Below the pieces are notes generated by a model. It saw only the letters and a program-made list of their open reading frames with translations, ran no database searches and was not told where the DNA came from. From Thermoplasmata archaeon (lineage in GTDB: Archaea > Thermoplasmatota > Thermoplasmata > Lutacidiplasmatales > UBA184): 64,000 bases of DNA. Where the stretch lies: contig JAWOKS010000025.1 of the NCBI GenBank assembly GCA_033854115.1, positions 19,781 to 83,780 of the forward strand, written 5' to 3'. The position numbers and the translations under genes were made by a program. Shown one piece after another: positions 17,646 to 25,583 of the stretch. Each line of letters begins with the position of its first letter. Position 1 is the stretch's first letter.

Positions 17646-19291
17646 GACCCGGCCTCCGGCGGGGCGGCTTCCGCGAGCTCCGCGAGCGCGCCGAGGGCTG
17701 TGGGGACCAGCGGGGGACGCTGCGTGATGAACCCGACCTCGGGCGGCGTGCGCCCCTCGAGCAGGGCGAGGACGAGGATCGCCTCCGGCAGGCAGAACCG
17801 CCCCTGGCAGAGCCCGGTGCCGGCGCTCGTGTAGCGCTTGATCACCTCAAGACCGCGGTAGCCGCGGGCGTGGGCGGCCTCGACCTCGTCCAGGAGAACG
17901 TCCTCGCACGGGCAGAGGACCCATTTGTCCCGACGCGGCTCGCGCAGGAGCTCCCGGTAGTAGGCGAGGAGCTCGCCCCTCGTCCTCTCGACCGGGCCCG
18001 GGGCGGCGGGGCGCGGGGGCGCGCCGAGGACCGCCGTCGCCACGTCCCGGGGGTCGAGGTCCGCCCCGCCACGGGGGGAGGCGGCGGACCCGGCCGCGAA
18101 GAGGCCCTCCACGGGCGTGCGACCCGCCGGTTCGAGGTCGGGGTAGTACGCTCCCGGAGGGTCCCGCCAGACGCGGGGAACCCCGGCCTGGAACAGGAGC
18201 TGGGCGTTCGGCAGGCGCCGGTGGGCGAGGACGACGCTCGCGCACGGGAGACGGAACCGTCCCGTGCCGTCCCGCCGGGCCAGCTCGACCGCGCGGATCC
18301 TCCGTCGGCCGATCGCCCGCACGACCCGCGTGCGCGGATAGAGCGGCACGCCGAGCTCCGCGGCGGCGCCCGCGACCTCCGGGTCGATCGCGTCGAACCC
18401 GACGACCGCCCGCACCTCCTCGCCGAGCCGCTCCACCACCTTGCGCGCCCGCGGGCCGCCCCCGACCACGACCGTTGGACCGAACGGGAGCCCGAGGCCG
18501 GCGAGCACGAGGTCGCCCGTCACGATGCCGGGCCGGTCCGAGCCCTCGAAGAGGAGCCCGGCATCGTACCCCCCGCTCGCGACGACGACCGAGCTCGCAC
18601 GGACGCGGATCCCGCGTCCCTCGTCGTCGAACCCGAGGACCGTGAACCCGGTCGCGCTGCCGGCCTCGGGCGGGGCGAGGAACGTCGCGGTCGTCCCCTC
18701 GACCAGGTCCGCCCCTTCGATCCCCGGGGACGCCCTCGGGCGCTCGCGCTCGAGGACGAGCGGTCTCCGTCCGCGCTGCGCGAGCTCCGCCGCGACCGCC
18801 CGGCCCGCGGCCCCGGCGCCGATCACCACGGTCTCGACGGACCACGTCCGCGTCCCGGGGCGCGCGCGGGCGACGGCCGGATCCGGCACGGCGCCGTAGC
18901 CGGCGAGCCGTCGCACGACCTTCTGGTAGAGCCGCGTCGCCCACGCCGGGCGCCGGAAGCCGTGGACGGTGTCGATCCCGCGCGGGAGCACGAGGTCGAG
19001 GACCCCGAGGAGATCGAACCTCGGCCCGGGCCAGGCGTTCTCGGTGCGGACGCGGTCTCCGTCCTCGACGCGGTAGCGGCAGGCACGGACGTTCGGCCGG
19101 CCGTTCACGCGCACGAGGCATCCGGCGCAGACGCCGGTGCCGCAGACCGGGCCGCGGGGGCGATGGTAGCGCACCGAACGCACGAGCGACGGCCAGCCGC
19201 GGCGCGCGAGCGCTTCGAGGAGGGTCTCCCCGGCCCGTGCCTCCTCGGTCGACCGACCGAACCGGAACCGTCGGGACGAGGGCACGCTCAT
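17642..19291 (-). CDS. Fused 2Fe-2S / FAD-NAD(P) oxidoreductase / BFD-like [2Fe-2S] protein (sarcosine-oxidase-alpha, OoxA/HcnB-like partner subunit)
   Basis: The N-terminus has RFRFGRSTEEARAGETLLEALARRG...PRGPVCGTGVCAGCLVRVNGRPNVRAC. A mid-region dinucleotide fold is VETVVIGAGAAGRAVAAELAQRG. The C-terminus has WVLCPCEDVLLDEVEAAHARGYRGLEVIKRYTSAGTGLCQGRFC (BFD-like). Confidence 0.8.
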   Translation of the reverse strand: MSVPSSRRFRFGRSTEEARAGETLLEALARRGWPSLVRSVRYHRPRGPVCGTGVCAGCLVRVNGRPNVRACRYRVEDGDRVRTENAWPGPRFDLLGVLDLVLPRGIDTVHGFRRPAWATRLYQKVVRRLAGYGAVPDPAVARARPGTRTWSVETVVIGAGAAGRAVAAELAQRGRRPLVLERERPRASPGIEGADLVEGTTATFLAPPEAGSATGFTVLGFDDEGRGIRVRASSVVVASGGYDAGLLFEGSDRPGIVTGDLVLAGLGLPFGPTVVVGGGPRARKVVERLGEEVRAVVGFDAIDPEVAGAAAELGVPLYPRTRVVRAIGRRRIRAVELARRDGTGRFRLPCASVVLAHRRLPNAQLLFQAGVPRVWRDPPGAYYPDLEPAGRTPVEGLFAAGSAASPRGGADLDPRDVATAVLGAPPRPAAPGPVERTRGELLAYYRELLREPRRDKWVLCPCEDVLLDEVEAAHARGYRGLEVIKRYTSAGTGLCQGRFCLPEAILVLALLEGRTPPEVGFITQRPPLVPTALGALAELAEAAPPEAGS

Positions 19292-19403
19292 CGAAGGAGG
19301 CGGGCGGGAACGCCCGCCCCGGCTATTTAGCGCCCCCGACGGCCGGGCCGACCGGCTCCGGTCCGCGCGTCCGGGGCCGACGAACCCAGGGGCGCGCGGA
19401 CGA

Positions 19404-19413
19404 AACTATATAG
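19404..19413 (+). promoter_or_regulatory. TATA box (AACTATATAG) for the AbrB-PhoU gene
   Basis: A strong A/T block centred about 30 nt upstream of ATG 19441. It abuts the upstream ATG 19414, which argues against that start. Confidence 0.45.
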
Positions 19414-19440
19414 ATGCCCGCACGTCGCCCTCCCTCTCCG

Positions 19441-20496
19441 ATGCGCTCGAGCGGCGGCTTTCACGGGCGGCGCATTCAGAAGACCGGCGGCTCGACGTTC
19501 ATCGTGTCGCTCCCGAAGTCCTGGGTCGTCGCCCGGGGCCTCGGCGCGGGGGACGTCCTGGTCTTCGCTCCCCGGGCGGACGGCTCGCTCACGGTGACGC
19601 CCGAGTCCGCCTCCCCGGCCGAGGTCCCGCGCCGAGCGGTCGAGGTGTCGAACTCCGACGAGAAGGATCACCTGCTCCGCCGCCTCATCGCCGAGTACAT
19701 CGCGGGCTACCCCCTCCTCGAGATCCGGACCCCGACGCGCATGAGCGCGCGGACACGCGAGATCGTGCGCAACTTCGCCCAGCGGATGATCGGCCCGGAG
19801 ATCCTCGAGGAGACCGCCGAGTCGGTGGTCCTGCAGGACGTCGTCGGCACGAACCCGTTGCCGATCCCCTCGATCATCCGCCGGATGCACCAGATGGTCC
19901 GGGCGATGCAGGCCGACGCGATGACCGCGTTCCGCGCGGGGGACGCGTCGATCGCCCGCGATGTCGTCGAGCGCGACTGGGAGGTCGACCGGCTCCACTG
20001 GTTCCTCGAGAAGCAGGTGACGAGCGCCCTCCGGGACGCCCGCATCCTCGCGACGCTGGACCTCACGCTTCCCGAGTGCTCGACGTACCTGCTCGCGTCC
20101 CGCATCCTCGAGCGGATCGCCGACCACGCGGTCCGCATCGCCGAGACGGTCGCCCTGCTCGGACGCGAGCCTCCCCCGGACCGGCTCCGCCAGGTGCTCG
20201 ACCGGATGGCCGACCGGGCCGCCGAGGGCCTCGCCGGGGCGCTGGACGCCCTCGAGCACCGCGACATCGCGAAGGCGAACGACGTGATCGACGCCGCGCA
20301 CGCGCTCACCCGGGAGCGCGTGCAGGTCCTCCACGAGCTTGCCTCGAAACGCGGCCGGCTGGCGGTCGGCCTCGCCTACGTCCTCGAGAGCCTCGAACGG
20401 GCCGCGTTCTACGCGAGCGACCTCGCCGAGGTGGCGATCAACCGTGCCGTCGAGACCCCCCCGCGGGGCGAGCCCGCCGCCGCGACCGCCCGCTAG
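19441..20496 (+). CDS. AbrB/SpoVT-domain + PhoU-domain regulator (archaeal phosphate-uptake-regulator-like)
   Basis: The N-terminus RRIQKTGGSTFIVSLPKSWVVARGLGAGDVLVF is a SpoVT/AbrB swapped hairpin. It is followed by two PhoU-like helical repeats (...ERDWEVDRLHWFLEKQ..., ...ASRILERIADHAVRIAE...). The track ORF starts at 19414; I prefer 19441 because of the TATA position. Confidence 0.8.
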   Translation: MRSSGGFHGRRIQKTGGSTFIVSLPKSWVVARGLGAGDVLVFAPRADGSLTVTPESASPAEVPRRAVEVSNSDEKDHLLRRLIAEYIAGYPLLEIRTPTRMSARTREIVRNFAQRMIGPEILEETAESVVLQDVVGTNPLPIPSIIRRMHQMVRAMQADAMTAFRAGDASIARDVVERDWEVDRLHWFLEKQVTSALRDARILATLDLTLPECSTYLLASRILERIADHAVRIAETVALLGREPPPDRLRQVLDRMADRAAEGLAGALDALEHRDIAKANDVIDAAHALTRERVQVLHELASKRGRLAVGLAYVLESLERAAFYASDLAEVAINRAVETPPRGEPAAATAR

Positions 20497-21662
20497 GCGC
20501 GCGGGGGCGCGCCGGTGTTCCGGCCCCGTCCCTCGAGAGTGTCGAGGAGGGCCTCGATCTCCGCCGCGTTCGGCACGCGGGGGTTCGCGAGCACCGCGGG
20601 GGAACGGAGCGTCTCGGCGATGATGCGGGGGCGTTCACCGTCGAGCGCTCCGGACCGGACCCCGGCGGCCTCGAGCCCGGTCGGTGCCCCGACCTGGGCG
20701 GCGAGACGACGCAGGCGGTCGGCAACGCTCGGGACCCCGCTCTCCTCCGGGTCGGCGAGAAGGGCGGCGAGAGCGTCCAGCCGCTCGCGCGCGGCCGGCC
20801 GGTCGAAGTCGAGGACCGGCGGCAGCACGAGGCCGAGCACGGTCGCGTAGGCGAGCCCGGTCGGGCGCACGAGCGCGCGCGCGAGGGCGTGGGCCACGCC
20901 GCGCTGCGCGTTCGACGCCGCGATCCCGGCCTCCGTGGCGGCGTAGTGCAGCGCGCCGCGCGCCTCGGGGTCGTCGCTCCAGCGGACGGCGTGCGGGAGC
21001 CGCCGGACGACCGTGCGCAGCGCGGCGACCGCGAGCGCGTCCGAGAACGGGTTCGACCAGGCGGAGAGGTACGCCTCGCACGCGAGCGCGGCCGCCTCGA
21101 ACGCCCCCGCAAGGACGCCCGCCGCGGGGAGCGACGCGGCGAACCACGGGTCGACGAGCGCCCACTCCGGGAGGAGCGCTCGGTCGGCGAGCTCCCGGGG
21201 CGCATCGTCCGGTCCGACGAGGTCGGCGATCCAGCTCGCCTCCGCGCCGCTGCCGCTCGTCGTCGGGATCGCGGCGAGGCGGCTCCTCGGCGGCTCGGGG
21301 AGCCGGAGCTCGACCGGGGGATCGGCGAGGTCGAGGTCCGGCCGCTCGTAGGCGAGGCGCGCGGCCTTGACCCCGTCGATCGTCGTGCCGCCGCCGACGG
21401 CGACGAGCCGGTCCGGCCCGAGCGCGCGGAGCCGTTCCGCGAGGCGGACGACCGTCTCGAGCCGGTCGAGCGTGCGCAGGTCGTCCACCACATCGACCGT
21501 CGCACCGCCGCGCTCGAGCTCCTCGACGACCCGCCGGGGGCCGATCGCGCCCGCGAGCGCCGGATCGACGACCACGACGGCCCGGCGGGCCCCGAGCCCG
21601 CTCAGCTGTTCGATCGCTCCGGAGCCCCAGGCGATCGAGGGGACCGTGACGAACCCCACCAT
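20493..21662 (-). CDS. Iron-containing (group III) alcohol dehydrogenase family protein
   Basis: Contains LVAVGGGTTIDGVKAA (GGGS.xD.xK motif) and AAIPTTSGSGAEAS (TTxGTGSE-like). The length is ~389 aa. Confidence 0.8.
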   Translation of the reverse strand: MVGFVTVPSIAWGSGAIEQLSGLGARRAVVVVDPALAGAIGPRRVVEELERGGATVDVVDDLRTLDRLETVVRLAERLRALGPDRLVAVGGGTTIDGVKAARLAYERPDLDLADPPVELRLPEPPRSRLAAIPTTSGSGAEASWIADLVGPDDAPRELADRALLPEWALVDPWFAASLPAAGVLAGAFEAAALACEAYLSAWSNPFSDALAVAALRTVVRRLPHAVRWSDDPEARGALHYAATEAGIAASNAQRGVAHALARALVRPTGLAYATVLGLVLPPVLDFDRPAARERLDALAALLADPEESGVPSVADRLRRLAAQVGAPTGLEAAGVRSGALDGERPRIIAETLRSPAVLANPRVPNAAEIEALLDTLEGRGRNTGAPPRA

Positions 21663-21675
21663 CGGACCGGCCCGC

Positions 21676-21987
21676 TCACGGGGCGGGCGGACCTTCGCGG
21701 CACCGCTGGCAAGCGCCCGTCAGCGAGAAGGCGATCCTCTCGAGGCTCCAGCCGTCCGGGCGGCCCGCGGCGAGCTCGGTGAGGAGGTGGCGGTCGAGCT
21801 CCGTGAGCTCGAGGCCCTGGATCCGCCCGCAGACGCGGCAGACGATGTGGCCGTGAGGGTCCTCGGAGAGCACCGGGGTCGCCCGCAGCGGGCGCGACGG
21901 GGGCATCTCGGCGGGGGCCGGCGCGCGCGCGTGCCGCGTCGCGGGGCGCGCGGTGGCGGGCCGCCCCGAACGGCGCGCGGACGGCAT
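21676..21987 (-). CDS. Small protein with a Fur-family C-terminal (metal-binding/dimerisation) domain only
   Basis: The tail of ORF 21676..22131(-) reads EDPHGHIVCRVCGRIQGLELTELDRHLL...FSLTGACQRCRE, which matches the Fur/PerR pattern H-x-H-x-x-C-x-x-C ... G-x-C-x-x-C. The upstream part of the ORF is Arg/Pro-rich with no recognisable HTH. Start candidates are ATG 21987 (about 25 nt downstream of GTAAATAC) or ATG 21906. Confidence 0.45.
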   Translation of the reverse strand: MPSARRSGRPATARPATRHARAPAPAEMPPSRPLRATPVLSEDPHGHIVCRVCGRIQGLELTELDRHLLTELAAGRPDGWSLERIAFSLTGACQRCREGPPAP

Positions 21988-22168
21988 CGGAGGCCGCGAC
22001 GGCCGACGTGTATTTACGTTGGGCCAAGCCGCGGGACCGCGCCGTCGTCCGGGTCCCGTGCCCCGCTGCGACGTGGCTCGGACCGTCCCGATCGAGCTTC
22101 TCCGGGCTGAGGTCAACCCTAGCCCACCCACCGTTCATTAGCGGACCTCGGGCTCGAGCCAATCGTTC

Positions 22169-23041
22169 ATGCTCGAGATTCGGTTCCATGGCCGGGGAGG
22201 GCAGGGCGCGGTCATCGCGAGCGAGCTACTCGCCCAGGCGGCGTTCCTGGACGGCCTCGAGCCGCAGAGCTTCCCGTTCTTCGGGGTCGAGCGTCGCGGC
22301 GCGCCGGTCACCGCCTACGCGAGGATCGACGAGCGGCCGATCGGTCTCCGGACCTCGATCGTCGCGCCGGACGTCGTCGTCGTGCTCGAGCCCGGCCTGC
22401 TCACGAGCACCCCGGTCGCGGACGGCCTCAAGGATGGCGGCCTTCTCCTCGTGAACTCCCCGCTCCCACCCGAGCGCCTCCCCGTGCTGCGGCCGGTCCG
22501 CCGGGCCGCGCTGAACGCGACCGCGATCGCGCTCGCCCACGGTCTCGGCTCTCCGACGATGCCGATCGTCAACACGACGGTCCTCGGCGCCCTCGCGCGG
22601 GCCACGGGCGTCGTCAGCCTTGAGGCGGTCCAGCGCGCCATCGAGCGGTTCGTCCCGTCGCACCGGGAGGAGAACCGGGCGGCCGCGGCCGAGGGGTTCA
22701 CGGCGGTGAAGATCCTCGGGGTCGTGCCCGGCCCGGCCCCCGTGCCCCGTCCGAGCGGGCCGTCCCGCCCGCTCCCGATCCCGGGGGGCCCCCTCGCCAC
22801 GGTGCCGAGCAGCACGCTCCGGACCGCCGCCTGGCGCACCTTGACGCCGAAGATCGACGTCGCGCGCTGCACGAAGTGCACGTTCTGCTGGAAGTACTGC
22901 CCGGACGATGCGATCGAGCTCGACGCGTCGGGGATCCCGTCGGTGCGGCTCGACTCCTGCAAGGGCTGCGGGATCTGCGCCGAGGTCTGCCCCCCGCACG
23001 CGATCGAGATGGCCAGCGCCCCGGTGGAGGCCGTCGCATGA
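22169..23041 (+). CDS. porG: 2-oxoacid(pyruvate):ferredoxin oxidoreductase, fused gamma + delta subunits
   Basis: The N-terminus MLEIRFHGRGGQGAVIASELLAQAAFLDG is the gamma-subunit signature. The C-terminus has CTKCTFCWKYCPDDAI...CKGCGICAEVCPPHAIEM, two 4Fe-4S ferredoxin motifs that make up the delta subunit. Confidence 0.85.
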   Translation: MLEIRFHGRGGQGAVIASELLAQAAFLDGLEPQSFPFFGVERRGAPVTAYARIDERPIGLRTSIVAPDVVVVLEPGLLTSTPVADGLKDGGLLLVNSPLPPERLPVLRPVRRAALNATAIALAHGLGSPTMPIVNTTVLGALARATGVVSLEAVQRAIERFVPSHREENRAAAAEGFTAVKILGVVPGPAPVPRPSGPSRPLPIPGGPLATVPSSTLRTAAWRTLTPKIDVARCTKCTFCWKYCPDDAIELDASGIPSVRLDSCKGCGICAEVCPPHAIEMASAPVEAVA

Positions 23042-24219
23042 CCCGCCAGGTGATGTCGGGCAACTACGCGCAGTCGTACGCCGTGCGGCTCGCCCGCGCT
23101 CAGGTGATCGCGGCCTATCCGATCACGCCCCAGACCTCGATCGTCGAGAAGCTCGCGGAGTTCGTCGCGCACGGCGAGCTCGACGCCGAGTACGTGAAGG
23201 TCGAGTCGGAGCACAGCGCCCTCCAGGTGGTGGTGAGCGCGGCCGGCCTCGGGGCGCGCACCTACACCGCGACCTCGAGCCAGGGGCTGCTCCTCATGCA
23301 CGAGCTCGTCCACTGGGCGTCGGGGATGCGGGCCCCCGTCGTGATGGGGGTCGTGAACCGCGCGGTCGCTCCGCCGTGGAACATCGGCGCCGACCACACC
23401 GACACGATCTCCCAGCGGGACACCGGCTGGATCCAGTTCTACCCCGAGAGCAACCAGGAGGTCCTCGACACCGTCCTGATCGCCTTCCGCCTCGCCGAGG
23501 ACCCGGCCGTCCGCCTCCCCGCGATGGTGAACGAGGACGCCTTCTACCTCTCGCACACGGTCGAGCCGGTCGACGTGCCCGACGCCGAGCTCGTCGACCG
23601 GTTCCTGCCGCCGCGCCGGGCGCAGGCCGTCCTCGAGCTCGAGCGGCCGTCGCGGCTCGGCTCGTTCACCGGTCCGGACCACTACGTCGAGTTCCGGCGT
23701 GCGCTCGCCGACGCCACGGCCGAGGTGCCGGGCCGCCTCGTCGAGATCGAGGAGGAGTACGGCCGCCTTACCGGACGGAGGCACGGGGGGGCGGTCGCGA
23801 CGTACCGGACCGACGACGCCGACGCGGTCCTCGTCACGATGGGGACCACGACCACGACCGCCCGCTCCGTCGTCGACGCGCTGCGCGCGGAGGGCCGGAA
23901 GGTCGGCCTCGCGAAGCTCCGCCTGTTCCGCCCGTTCCCGGACGAGGAGATCCGGCGCCTCGCGGCCACCGTCGACCGGCTCGGGGTCGTCGACCGGTCC
24001 TACACCTTCGGGGCCCTCGGCCCGGTCGCGACCGAGGTGCGGGCCGCGATCTATCCCACCCCTCACCGGCCGCAGGTCGCGGGCTTCCTCGCCGGCATCG
24101 GGGGCCGGGACGTGACGCCGGGTCACGTGCGTCGGATGTTCGGCGAGCTGCTCGAGGGGGAGGTCGGCCCGGTCCGGTGGGAGGACCTCGCGGCCGAGGA
24201 GGTGGGCTCGGATGGCTAA
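23038..24219 (+). CDS. porA: 2-oxoacid(pyruvate):ferredoxin oxidoreductase alpha subunit
   Basis: Contains MTRQVMSGNYAQSYAVRLARAQVIAAYPITPQTSIVEKL... The ATG overlaps the porGD stop (ATGA at 23038-23041). The track ORF 22876..24219 has a spurious N-terminal extension. Confidence 0.9.
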   Translation: MTRQVMSGNYAQSYAVRLARAQVIAAYPITPQTSIVEKLAEFVAHGELDAEYVKVESEHSALQVVVSAAGLGARTYTATSSQGLLLMHELVHWASGMRAPVVMGVVNRAVAPPWNIGADHTDTISQRDTGWIQFYPESNQEVLDTVLIAFRLAEDPAVRLPAMVNEDAFYLSHTVEPVDVPDAELVDRFLPPRRAQAVLELERPSRLGSFTGPDHYVEFRRALADATAEVPGRLVEIEEEYGRLTGRRHGGAVATYRTDDADAVLVTMGTTTTTARSVVDALRAEGRKVGLAKLRLFRPFPDEEIRRLAATVDRLGVVDRSYTFGALGPVATEVRAAIYPTPHRPQVAGFLAGIGGRDVTPGHVRRMFGELLEGEVGPVRWEDLAAEEVGSDG

Positions 24220-25144
24220 GCTCACGATCCCGGCCGACGAGTGGATGTTCCGTGGCCATGCGGCGTGCCCCGGCTGCGGGCCGGCGCTCACGATGCGCCT
24301 GCTCCTCAAGGGCTTCGGGCCCCGCACGATCCTGTCGGTCCCTGCGTGTTGCTGGACCGTGATCGGGACGCCGTTCCCGACGACCGCGCTCGGCGTGCCG
24401 ATGCTCGACAACCCGATCGAAGCGACGGGCGCCTCGATCTCGGGCCTCCGCGCGGCGGCGGACGCCCTCGGCCTCAAGGGCGTGACCGTGGTCGGGTTCG
24501 CGGGCGATGGCGGCACCGCCGACATCGGGCTCCAGGCGCTGAGCGGGATGCTCGAGCGCCGCACCGACGCGATCTACGTGATGTACGACAACGAGGGCTA
24601 CATGAACACCGGGATCCAGCGCAGCGGGGCGACCCCGCAAGGCGCCTGGACCACGACGACCCCCGTCGAGGGCCCGAGCCGGGGGAAGCCGGAGCCGAAG
24701 AAGGACATCATGGGGATCGTCCTCGCGCACCGGCCGTCGTACGCGGCGACCGTGAACCCGGCGTTCCCCGAGGACCTCGTCCGCAAGGCCCAGAAGGCGC
24801 GGGCCGTGCGCGGGGCCAGGTTCCTTCACGCGCTCACGCCATGCCCGCCGGGCTGGAGGTTCTCGTCGGAGGAGACGATCGCTCTCGGTCGGCTCGCGAC
24901 GGACACCGGGGTCTTCCCGCTCTACGAGGTCGAGGACGGCGTCTACCGCATCACCCGCAAGGGCGGGGCCCTGAAGCCGATCGAGGACTACGTCCGGGCG
25001 CAGGGCCGCTTCCGTCACTTCACGCCGGCGGAGGTCGAGGCGCTCGGCAGGGACGTCCGGGCGGGGTGGGAGCGGCTCCTGCGCCTCGAGCGCGAGACGG
25101 CCCGACCCGTCGCGCCGCGGCCAGTAGCCCCCCTGACGGCGTAG
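24212..25144 (+). CDS. porB: 2-oxoacid(pyruvate):ferredoxin oxidoreductase beta subunit (TPP-binding)
   Basis: Contains GHAACPGCGPALTMRLLLK and GFAGDGGTADIGLQALSGMLER...YVMYDNEGYMNTGIQRS (TPP motif GDG...N). Confidence 0.9.
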   Translation: MAKLTIPADEWMFRGHAACPGCGPALTMRLLLKGFGPRTILSVPACCWTVIGTPFPTTALGVPMLDNPIEATGASISGLRAAADALGLKGVTVVGFAGDGGTADIGLQALSGMLERRTDAIYVMYDNEGYMNTGIQRSGATPQGAWTTTTPVEGPSRGKPEPKKDIMGIVLAHRPSYAATVNPAFPEDLVRKAQKARAVRGARFLHALTPCPPGWRFSSEETIALGRLATDTGVFPLYEVEDGVYRITRKGGALKPIEDYVRAQGRFRHFTPAEVEALGRDVRAGWERLLRLERETARPVAPRPVAPLTA

Positions 25145-25188
25145 GCGCCCCAGGGCGTTCCGCGGACCGGATCCCGGTCCTCTCCGGC

Positions 25189-25557
25189 CTAGCTCGACGT
25201 CCCCGTCGGCCGGTGGAGGATCCCCTGTACCAGTTCGAGCAGGCGGGCCGGCTCGAGCGGGAGGCGGACGACATGGAGCCCGTCCGAGCTGCGCAGCGCA
25301 GGGTCGCGCGTCCCCACGACGACGAGGTCGGCCTCCCGGAGCGGCCCCTGGCACCAGCGGTTCGCGCTCGAGCAGTAGTGGCTGTTGGAGGCGACGACGA
25401 CGAGCGGGTGGGCGACGCAGCCTCCCGCGTGGTACGACTCGGCCGCGGAGAGCCCCGGGAACCGACGGACCGGGATCCCGTGAGCCTCGAGGAACGCCAC
25501 CAACGAAGAGGCGAGGCTCGGAGTCTCCTCGACGACGAGCACCTCGGCCGTCACCAT
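25189..25557 (-). CDS. CheY-like receiver-fold protein lacking the canonical phospho-acceptor residues (pseudo-receiver candidate)
   Basis: ORF 25189..25557(-). It shows an alternating beta/alpha pattern: VLVVEE / LASSLVAFLEAHG / PVRRF / LVVVASN / DLVVVGT / HVVRLPLEPARLLELV. It has EE where DD is expected and Ala/Ser where the phospho-Asp is expected. It is divergent from the histidine kinase gene. Confidence 0.5.
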   Translation of the reverse strand: MVTAEVLVVEETPSLASSLVAFLEAHGIPVRRFPGLSAAESYHAGGCVAHPLVVVASNSHYCSSANRWCQGPLREADLVVVGTRDPALRSSDGLHVVRLPLEPARLLELVQGILHRPTGTSS

Positions 25558-25583
25558 GGGCGCTTAAGGCCGGAGACCCGAAC

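Noticed and set aside
21602-22189. 195-aa ORF (and the full 151-aa ORF 21676..22131) as a possible full-length Fur regulator.
   Set aside because: I translated all three minus-strand frames over 21907-22140 and saw no Fur-type winged-helix sequence. Only the C-terminal ~70 aa of the 151-aa frame is Fur-like.
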